Shown: piece by piece, positions 57,329-64,000 of the stretch
Numbering within the stretch: the first letter of the stretch is position 1
Layout of the letters: the number at the start of each line of letters is the position of its first letter
Source: a virus
Taxonomy: Duplodnaviria > Caudoviricetes
IMG/VR virus record: IMGVR_UViG_3300009095_000011
Location: 50,227-114,226 of that record
Reading direction: 5' to 3' (one strand)
DNA length: 64,000 nucleotides
The notes under the pieces: generated by a model
Database searches by the model: none
What the model was told of the DNA's origin: nothing
The model's input: the letters and a program-made list of their open reading frames with translations, nothing else
Made by a program: the position numbers and the translations under genes

Positions 57329-59182
57329 TTAACCTACTCGTTTTAGTTTTCTATTTTGTGCTGTGTCTGCATATACTCCACTTCGAGCTTTAATAATATT
57401 ATATTGTTGTTTTGCTTGATAGTATTGTTCAGGAGTTATGAGGTCATCATTGAAAGCTTTTTGAATAGTTTCGAAAGATTCATCTTCTTCGCTTTTAGTG
57501 ATATCATCATTTCTTGTTATTTTCATTAAATTCAATCTCCTGATGGCTTCTTTTGCATCCAAATGGATTTTGTAACAAGGAACTTCCATTTCTTCGTCGA
57601 TCTCACAGAGGGCACAAATTCTGTGATTTCCGTCAATGATATAGTTATCTTTACTTACAAGGAAGCGAGTTAGTTTGTCGGGATCAATGTTTTCAAGTAT
57701 TTCGAGTACCTTATCTTCATTGATTTCATTTTGAGCAAATTTAAGATCACTGAGACTTATATTTTCTTTTGTTACTTTGCTGTCTGGACTTTTGCCCTGA
57801 AAATGAAGAATTACATCATCGATGTTATCGCTATCTATTTGAGGCATTGTATCTCTTGTTCTATTAAGAGTATTTAGGAGGTATTTTTTATATTTGAAAT
57901 CTCCTGTTTGTGATGTATCAATTGCCTTTAGTAATTGACAATGATCTTCAATACAAGAATAGAGATCATTCTCAGCCTTTTTTAGCTGCTGTACTTGATT
58001 ATATTTGTCTTGGAGATATGATTGTTCAATTTGATCTATTCGAGTGTTTAAGCGCTTTAAAATAGCTTCATTTGTATTGCCTTTGGTTAGATCATTGTAT
58101 TGCACTAATGCTTCATTGTAATTTTCCTGCAATGATTGTCCTTTTTGCAATAAATCCGCAATAATATCGCTTTTGGTTTTTAATCTGATTCGTGAGATAT
58201 CTATATCAGTTAATTCTTGACCAGTATCTTCACTAATAGGATTTATTGATTTTGAGAAAAGTTGTCTGAGTGAATTTATAGCTTTCTGTAAAACAGATTG
58301 TTTCTTTATAATATCTTCCACTATTATATTTTTCTTATTTTTAAATTCAATATAAAGATCTTCTCTATATACTTCACTGCTATCAAGAACTTTTATAGGA
58401 TCATTGCCTAATTCAACATTATTATCATAAAGCTCATAATCATCAACTAAATCTTTAATTTCTTCAAATGTTTCTGTGCTACCTCTATGTCCCTTAACTA
58501 ATATCTCATCGGGGACATATCTGCCACTTCCCCCCTTCCCGTCTCCATTGCCTAATGCTCTTAGCTTGGCCCTATTTAATGCATCTTCAGCATTAACATT
58601 AACACCAACTAATTTTATATTATATCCTTTCTTTTTGAGAGTATCAATTAATTCTTTAGCTTTCTCTTTATTACCAAGAACAGCATCAAATATAAAATTT
58701 CTTCCTTGATTAATTATTTTGTCTTTCGCTACATATCCTATATCAGAAGATTCTTCATGAACCCTATTGGCAGCAAGAATAACGTCAGTGTGAATGAAAT
58801 TTTTATATTCAGGTATTGATTCTTTTATATCATCTACATTTAAAGTACCAAAATTTACACCATACTTAGGTTTTATAAATTTATTTACAACAGTAGATTT
58901 GCCTGATGCTGCACCTCCTAATAATAAAATTGCAGTTGGTTTTTCTCGTGGCAATGGCTTAGGACAAGATGATACTATATTAGTAATGATTTTTTTATGA
59001 AGCTTTACTCTTTCAGGATTATAATGACCCGATTCATTAATGTGTCTTTTTTTAGAAGAATCAGAATTTCCCCTAAGATGCTCCTTGTATTCTTGTAGAG
59101 ATACATAAACAGTCGTAACATAACTTTTGCCACTTCTGTTTACTAATTTCTTTATTGGAATTAAATTGCTACTCTTCGGCAC
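57329..59182 (-). CDS. Polyvalent protein: zeta-toxin-like P-loop kinase + ParB-like domain
   Basis: GGAASGKST, NVDDIK, FIFDAVLG, GRYVP (zeta/PezT-like); AQNEI, VSKDNYIIDGNHR (ParB-like). Confidence 0.85.
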   Translation of the reverse strand: MPKSSNLIPIKKLVNRSGKSYVTTVYVSLQEYKEHLRGNSDSSKKRHINESGHYNPERVKLHKKIITNIVSSCPKPLPREKPTAILLLGGAASGKSTVVNKFIKPKYGVNFGTLNVDDIKESIPEYKNFIHTDVILAANRVHEESSDIGYVAKDKIINQGRNFIFDAVLGNKEKAKELIDTLKKKGYNIKLVGVNVNAEDALNRAKLRALGNGDGKGGSGRYVPDEILVKGHRGSTETFEEIKDLVDDYELYDNNVELGNDPIKVLDSSEVYREDLYIEFKNKKNIIVEDIIKKQSVLQKAINSLRQLFSKSINPISEDTGQELTDIDISRIRLKTKSDIIADLLQKGQSLQENYNEALVQYNDLTKGNTNEAILKRLNTRIDQIEQSYLQDKYNQVQQLKKAENDLYSCIEDHCQLLKAIDTSQTGDFKYKKYLLNTLNRTRDTMPQIDSDNIDDVILHFQGKSPDSKVTKENISLSDLKFAQNEINEDKVLEILENIDPDKLTRFLVSKDNYIIDGNHRICALCEIDEEMEVPCYKIHLDAKEAIRRLNLMKITRNDDITKSEEDESFETIQKAFNDDLITPEQYYQAKQQYNIIKARSGVYADTAQNRKLKRVG

Positions 59183-59342
59183 TATTATTTTCTTCTATAT
59201 TATCATCATCATTTAGCCACTCCTTCATTTCATCATCATAAAAATCCAAATTCTTCTCAGAAATTAAATCAACCTCTGGCAAATTTAAATTTACGATATC
59301 CCTATCAAGTTCTTTATCGGTAATATTTATTTTCTTAGACAT
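59169..59342 (-). CDS. Small acidic protein (57 aa), candidate antitoxin; start corrected to MSKK
   Basis: D/E-rich; overlaps the zeta ORF start; promoter motif at 59354-59363 just upstream. Confidence 0.5.
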   Translation of the reverse strand: MSKKINITDKELDRDIVNLNLPEVDLISEKNLDFYDDEMKEWLNDDDNIEENNSAEE

Positions 59343-59364
59343 TGTTTTTATTTTGTAAATATAC

Positions 59365-59598
59365 TTATTTATTAATAAATGATAAAATTTCATTGGCAAA
59401 TTTTTGCAATTCACCCTCTATAACATCAAAATCTGAATCCTTGAATTTATGTACATGATTAGAATTCATTTTATTCATTATTGATGACCTTGTTAATCCT
59501 TTTGTTTTAATACCCAAACAAAGCCCCGATAAGTTTAATCGGGGATCATTGAGGATTTTTTTAATTTTTTGTTCTCTATTCATAATTAATAATACCAA
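59365..59598 (-). CDS. Small HTH-like DNA-binding protein
   Basis: LNLSGLCLGI..LTRSSIMNKMN..KF; XRE-like pattern by eye. Confidence 0.45.
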   Translation of the reverse strand: MVLLIMNREQKIKKILNDPRLNLSGLCLGIKTKGLTRSSIMNKMNSNHVHKFKDSDFDVIEGELQKFANEILSFINK

Positions 59599-60185
59599 CT
59601 TCTATAATGAGTTTCTCCTTCTGAATGCTTACAAGCAAATCTCACTTCACTTATTTTAATACCCCATTTGGTCACTTTTCTTCTATAAGTCTCATCGCCT
59701 ACAAAAGAATCCTTAATGGGAACAACATATTCACAATCATGACCTTCTGATCCCTCAACTCTTTCATAACCTATTTTACGAAGAATTGCATAATGAGTGG
59801 ATATCTTTTCTACTACCTGATAACAATCAATATTGATTTGCTCATATCCCCATGAAGCAACAAATATATCCCCAACTTCAAATTTAGGCACAAAAGCTAA
59901 TTTTTCTGCTCTTTGCTTTTCTTTAGCTTCCCTTATGGCTTTGTTTCTTTCTATTGATAAATTTATCCTCTCTTGAGCTTTATCCCAATTAGGATAAATA
60001 TAATTGACATAGGGGTCTTTTTGACTTCCTTGCCAAATCAATAAATGAATTGGATAAGAATCTTTTCTCGCTCCAACATTATCACCAACTAAAATTTTTA
60101 AATTTTCCTCTTCTTTAACATAAGAAGCATTTAGCCTTTTCTTGAAATACTCAATGTTTGAAGCTTGTCTTTCTAAATTTTTCAT
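59586..60185 (-). CDS. Hypothetical phage protein
   Basis: VGDIFVASWGYEQ.NID.YQVV motif. Confidence 0.6.
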   Translation of the reverse strand: MKNLERQASNIEYFKKRLNASYVKEEENLKILVGDNVGARKDSYPIHLLIWQGSQKDPYVNYIYPNWDKAQERINLSIERNKAIREAKEKQRAEKLAFVPKFEVGDIFVASWGYEQINIDCYQVVEKISTHYAILRKIGYERVEGSEGHDCEYVVPIKDSFVGDETYRRKVTKWGIKISEVRFACKHSEGETHYRSWYY

Positions 60186-60201
60186 TTTCTTTCTTTTTCA
60201 A

Positions 60202-60252
60202 TTAAACATCTTTTCAACACTATAAAGATAAACAAAAAAGTTTAAAGTGCAA
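60202..60252 (-). promoter_or_regulatory. Repeated promoter + leader (copy 6)
   Basis: TTGCA...TATCTTTA...GATGTTTAA. Confidence 0.6.
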
Positions 60253-60272
60253 AATTTATTGCACTTTATTTT

Positions 60273-60653
60273 CTAATAACTTGAGAATCCCTTAGTGTGC
60301 CTATAATCCACAATCACATTGATATTATTTTCATTGATATACTTATCTAATGCAAAATCAAAATCTGTTTTATATCTTTTGTCAAAAGAAAGATATCGAC
60401 TTTTGGAGCATTTTTCATCTACTTTAACAAAAGCATCCATAGGGTCAATATGATTGATGCCAGCCAGTACAACAATGTATGGATTGTATGATTTCATTAT
60501 CCTTCTGGCTTTCCTTTTACCTTGTGGAATATAATCAATATAGGGAGCGTTATTATATTGGGCATATTTTCTTGTTCCATAATTCAAAATAGTACCTTCA
60601 ATTTTTACAACACTTCCTAAAAGATCTTCGGTTAAATAAATAGTAGCTTTCAT
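60273..60653 (-). CDS. Hypothetical protein
   Basis: 126-aa ORF; YAQY..A...PQGKRK. Confidence 0.6.
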   Translation of the reverse strand: MKATIYLTEDLLGSVVKIEGTILNYGTRKYAQYNNAPYIDYIPQGKRKARRIMKSYNPYIVVLAGINHIDPMDAFVKVDEKCSKSRYLSFDKRYKTDFDFALDKYINENNINVIVDYRHTKGFSSY

Positions 60654-60670
60654 TTTCTTATCTTTTTTAG

Positions 60671-60714
60671 TTAAACATTTATGTAAATATAAACTAAAAT
60701 GTTTAATTATCCAA
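60671..60714 (-). promoter_or_regulatory. Repeated promoter + leader (copy 7)
   Basis: TTG-N20-TATATTTA with TTAAACAT...ATGTTTAA inverted repeat. Confidence 0.6.
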
Positions 60715-60750
60715 ATTTGCAGCGATTATTTTTAAAGTTTACCACATAAA

Positions 60751-61014
60751 TTATTTTTCTTTTCTACGAATCATTGCTGCCTCTCTTTTAATTTTATTTG
60801 GCACAGAAGAGGCAAATGCTCTATATAGAAAAAATGCTTTATCATATTCTGATTTGGCAGCCTTATACTCAAATGAATTTTTAGTTTCATCATTAACTAA
60901 TCCAAATTCATTTCTATTGCCAGATATAACCTTCTTTAATTTTTGATCTGCATTATTAAGCACTTGATCATAAATGGCCAATTGTGCATTATATTTTTCT
61001 GGTGTCATTTTCAT
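60751..61014 (-). CDS. Hypothetical protein
   Basis: 87-aa ORF. Confidence 0.55.
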   Translation of the reverse strand: MKMTPEKYNAQLAIYDQVLNNADQKLKKVISGNRNEFGLVNDETKNSFEYKAAKSEYDKAFFLYRAFASSVPNKIKREAAMIRRKEK

Positions 61015-61021
61015 CTTTTAT

Positions 61022-61321
61022 TTATTTATCTGACCATTGTAATTCAACAAAAGAAATATTCCCACCGCCAGTAAGGTCTTTGTAATACTTAGCACCAATG
61101 CTGTCAATTACAAATCCTTTAGGGTGTTCCATAGCTTCATCGTGATATAACCAATGACCACCAGCAGAAAATATTAACTTTCTGCCTTGCAATCCAATTA
61201 ATTCCTGAAATCCTCTTGACTCAATTACTTCAGCTTCCTTAATGGCCTTTTGAACATCAATTGGCAATTCATCGAAATTAAGAATCTCTTTAATGTCATG
61301 TGAAAAATCAATAATTGTCAT
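61022..61321 (-). CDS. Hypothetical protein
   Basis: 99-aa ORF after promoter copy 8. Confidence 0.55.
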   Translation of the reverse strand: MTIIDFSHDIKEILNFDELPIDVQKAIKEAEVIESRGFQELIGLQGRKLIFSAGGHWLYHDEAMEHPKGFVIDSIGAKYYKDLTGGGNISFVELQWSDK

Positions 61322-61339
61322 CTCTTTAAATTTTAATAG

Positions 61340-61390
61340 TTAAACATCTAATTATATATCAAATATAAACATAATTGTTTAAACTTACAA
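61340..61390 (-). promoter_or_regulatory. Repeated promoter + leader (copy 8), exact TAnnTTTG -7 element
   Basis: TTG-N20-TATATTTG...ATTAGATGTTTAA. Confidence 0.7.
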
Positions 61391-61393
61391 ATA

Positions 61394-61421
61394 AAAAAAG
61401 AGGAAATTTTTATTTTCCTCT
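61394..61421 (-). terminator. Intrinsic terminator
   Basis: AGAGGAAA-loop-TTTCCTCT followed by a T run. Confidence 0.65.
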
Positions 61422-61428
61422 AAATATT

Positions 61429-62121
61429 TTAATCTATTTTCAATACACTTAATTGATTTACAGTTAGATTGTAATTTTTGTTATCCTGAATATTTTCAAT
61501 GAGAACCTGTAATGTTTTGATATCTTTATTTATTTCCTGACATTGATATACAAGATCTTCAAATTTATAGATTTGATCTCTTATATCTTGAGGTATTGAT
61601 TCATAATTATATCCAGCAACTCTTTCTCCATATTCTTTTTGTTCAAATTCAAATCCTTGTTGAGTAAGTTGCTGCTTTATTTCATTCTTCTGAGACATTA
61701 ATGATTGATATTTGTTATCATAAACAGCTTTCTTAGATTGAGCCATTGATTTTATCTCACTACCTTTCTTTGAGATTTTTATAGCTTCTGCACCCTCTCC
61801 ATAACCAAATGCTGCACTTACATCACTTTTAATGATATCGTTTAAATATTCAAAATCAGATTTTACACCTAATGTTTCAAATGCTTTCTTTAGTTCCTGC
61901 TTATATTCTTTAAGTTCTTTCTTTTGCTTTTTGCTTTCTTTTTTGTCATCTTCATGAGATGGACTATCAAGTACATCTACAAGACGTTCATGTTCTTTGA
62001 TCATTTCTTTGAGATGTTCTTTTGGAACATCTGCTTTGGTTTTTTGAATATCAGATTGAAAAGCTTTTTCTATGTTGGAATATTTAAAAGCATCAAGTGA
62101 AAGGCTGAGATTAGAGTTCAT
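61429..62121 (-). CDS. Charged coiled-coil protein, candidate internal head protein
   Basis: IEKA, LKKA and IIKS motifs; K/E/Q-rich. Confidence 0.5.
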   Translation of the reverse strand: MNSNLSLSLDAFKYSNIEKAFQSDIQKTKADVPKEHLKEMIKEHERLVDVLDSPSHEDDKKESKKQKKELKEYKQELKKAFETLGVKSDFEYLNDIIKSDVSAAFGYGEGAEAIKISKKGSEIKSMAQSKKAVYDNKYQSLMSQKNEIKQQLTQQGFEFEQKEYGERVAGYNYESIPQDIRDQIYKFEDLVYQCQEINKDIKTLQVLIENIQDNKNYNLTVNQLSVLKID

Positions 62122-62860
62122 ATTTTGACTTACAAGGAAAGAGATTCTTTATGACAATTTTCAAATGATCATTAAGTCCACGTGGGCCATATCCAAGAAA
62201 CCTTTTGTCCTTTAAGTTATCTATAATGATATCTTGACAATGAATTGGTTTCTCAATTGTACATTTTTGTTGCCAAATATACTCATTATTTTTGAAAGTA
62301 GAAAAATTTACATTAAAAAACATAGTATTGATACAATACCCTATGTCGCTTTCAAAATCAATATTCTGCCATGTTTGTATGAATAAATCCTTATTGGTTA
62401 CAAAAGGAATATGAATATCATAATTGAATGTTGTATGATTATTATCTCTGAGATATTCATAGGTTCTTTTTAATCTATTGAGCCATTTTTGATTTCTCCA
62501 TTTGCCATATAGTTTTAAATCTCCACTATGTCCTGGTTGTAGATGTTCAATTGTGCAAGGTTGTAGTAATATCTGATCATCTGATATTCTCATGAATTGT
62601 TGTGAGCATTGTGGATGTTTGCAGGCAAGTAGGGTTTTATTAATGATATTACCGTCCTTGTTTCTTGTTAGTGTATCTTCGGCAGGAATGTGGATGACAT
62701 TTGTTAGCCAGCTTGGTTTATGACCTACTACATAAACTTTTCCAAGGTCAACTAAATTTTTCTCAATAGATCTGAGGCAATATTTAAGTTCATTATGCTC
62801 CTTCCAATCACATCCGGTACCAAGAGGTATGATTACATCGATCTTTTTATCTTTAGCCAT
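62111..62860 (-). CDS. Glycosyltransferase/Stealth-like (GT-A fold) protein
   Basis: IDVIIP, ELKYCLRSIEKN, VYVVG.KPSWL, ISDDQ. Confidence 0.65.
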   Translation of the reverse strand: MAKDKKIDVIIPLGTGCDWKEHNELKYCLRSIEKNLVDLGKVYVVGHKPSWLTNVIHIPAEDTLTRNKDGNIINKTLLACKHPQCSQQFMRISDDQILLQPCTIEHLQPGHSGDLKLYGKWRNQKWLNRLKRTYEYLRDNNHTTFNYDIHIPFVTNKDLFIQTWQNIDFESDIGYCINTMFFNVNFSTFKNNEYIWQQKCTIEKPIHCQDIIIDNLKDKRFLGYGPRGLNDHLKIVIKNLFPCKSKYEL

Positions 62861-63021
62861 TGTTCTTTATCTTGTTTCCAATCGCCAGTTAGTTCTGGAT
62901 GAAATTCAAAAAACATTCCTGATTTAAGAAGTTTTTTATATTCAACTCTCCATCTCCAAATTTCCTCACTTGGTGGTCTCAAAAGACTTTTAAAAATTCT
63001 CTCTACTTCTTTTTTGTTCAT
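62833..63021 (-). CDS. Hypothetical protein
   Basis: LLKSGMFFEFHPELTGDW. Confidence 0.5.
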   Translation of the reverse strand: MNKKEVERIFKSLLRPPSEEIWRWRVEYKKLLKSGMFFEFHPELTGDWKQDKEQWLKIKRSM

Positions 63022-63236
63022 TTAAACCAATAATTTCTAAATCCATTAATCCAACTGTAAAGATATATAAAGCATATAAAAAATATTCCCCACTGCTTTT
63101 GTTCCCATGCTGCATAAAACCAAAAAGGCTGAGATAATAACCCACATAGATATCCATATTTCTTCCATTTTCCAGTTGTACCTACAAGATAAATTGCTGT
63201 TCCTCCAAAAATAAAAATGAATATTTGTGAGATCAT
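63018..63236 (-). CDS. Small 3-TM membrane protein (PnuC/SemiSWEET-like half)
   Basis: Hydrophobic; GLLSQPFW...QWG...Y..G..N pattern. Confidence 0.5.
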   Translation of the reverse strand: MISQIFIFIFGGTAIYLVGTTGKWKKYGYLCGLLSQPFWFYAAWEQKQWGIFFICFIYLYSWINGFRNYWFK

Positions 63237-63354
63237 TTGATTTTTGTGACCTTATATCTCTTCTTGTTATGAATTAAATATTTATCCTTAGCGACAATAG
63301 TCTTGGCAATTTTATCTAATCCTATTTCTTTAGCTAATTTGCTTATTGGTGCTT

Positions 63355-63903
63355 TCATTTTAAATGCTCTCTGTAATCAATACCTTGTTTCATTCTGTAA
63401 TAATGAAGGACATATAAATCCTCTATTAATCCTATTCGATAGCCTGATTTTAATACCTGACTACTGAATACATTATCTATTCCCAATATTGTTCCTCGTT
63501 TAGTTTGCTCTACAAAGGGAATTTGTTTCCATAGCCATTTGGAAAATATCATTACATGACCTGATATCAACTGTTTTAGCTCTTTAACTTTACCCTTATT
63601 CTCTATAGCATTTCTTTGCGCTATTTCCCAATGATGAATAATGTTTGGATCTTCACTTATTTTGCCTTGATACATTTGTTGAGGATTTTTAATCCTAGAA
63701 GCATAACAAGTGAAAAGTTGATATTGAGGATTGTTTTTTATTGCAGCTTCAATTATGTGACCATAATTTGAATTAAGGAACATTACATCTCCATCTATGA
63801 GGCAAATAAAATCATCATCATTGGGTACAATAGAACATAGGTCGTTATAGGCACGACCTAGTAATTTATCAGTTGAATATGGAGAAGAATAATAGATGTT
63901 CAT
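63355..63903 (-). CDS. GT2-like glycosyltransferase
   Basis: LGRAYN, CLIDGD (DxD), GIDN, VLHY. Confidence 0.7.
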   Translation of the reverse strand: MNIYYSSPYSTDKLLGRAYNDLCSIVPNDDDFICLIDGDVMFLNSNYGHIIEAAIKNNPQYQLFTCYASRIKNPQQMYQGKISEDPNIIHHWEIAQRNAIENKGKVKELKQLISGHVMIFSKWLWKQIPFVEQTKRGTILGIDNVFSSQVLKSGYRIGLIEDLYVLHYYRMKQGIDYREHLK

Positions 63904-64000
63904 TTATTACTTCCACTCCTCTTTAACGTTAAACCATGATGGCTCTCTTAATCCGGCAGAATTAGTATGATATCCATTTTGAAATCTCTTGTTCCCTTTA

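Noticed and set aside
57329-57331. Genome-wide stop-codon reassignment as the explanation for the in-frame TAA
   Set aside because: TAA, TAG and TGA all end genes normally elsewhere, with tight start/stop overlaps, and long genes are intact under code 11
1772-59000. All plus-strand ORFs in the supplied track (e.g. 25215..25709, 20026..20364)
   Set aside because: They are antisense shadows of well-supported minus-strand genes, with no recognisable motifs; promoters and terminators all point to the minus strand
28524-61390. CRISPR array or IS terminal repeats as the explanation for the dispersed repeats
   Set aside because: The repeats are kilobases apart, match promoter and terminator structure, and have no regular spacers, cas genes or transposase
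1-64000. tRNA or rRNA genes
   Set aside because: No cloverleaf or rRNA-like segment was recognised in the short intergenic gaps; tRNAscan-SE would be needed to exclude them formally

Overview
A 64-kb segment of a large, AT-rich, contractile-tailed dsDNA phage with Herelleviridae/SPO1-like capsid, sheath and baseplate organisation. The host is probably Bacteroidota, judged from TTG-N19-20-TAnnTTT(A/G) promoters and A-rich leaders without Shine-Dalgarno sites. All credible genes are on the minus strand. In transcription order (right to left): glycosyltransferase-like genes; small accessory genes; a zeta-toxin/ParB/ADP-ribosyltransferase polyprotein plus an ADP-ribosylglycohydrolase; prohead protease-scaffold; major capsid; neck, tail and baseplate genes; helicase, primase and DnaE; dUTPase; a double IbrA/IbrB (PAPS-reductase-like plus ParB-like) and methyltransferase cluster; an intein-containing ribonucleotide reductase. 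Four things stand out. (1) The zeta-ParB ORF and the ART ORF form one 958-codon frame broken by a single TAA, and its linkers are rich in the same hydrophobic-x-K-(S/A/G) motif found about 23 times in the protease-scaffold and once at the capsid N-terminus. This suggests a head-packaged, protease-released set of effectors with candidate antidotes next door. (2) Near-identical promoter-cargo-terminator-restart-promoter cassettes carry different cargo genes inside the structural operon. (3) A candidate DNA-modification operon has two divergent IbrA/IbrB pairs. (4) DnaE may be split. Selfish elements present: a LAGLIDADG intein, NUMOD4-HNH, TnpB and GIY-YIG. All function calls come from motif recognition by eye; no database searches were run.
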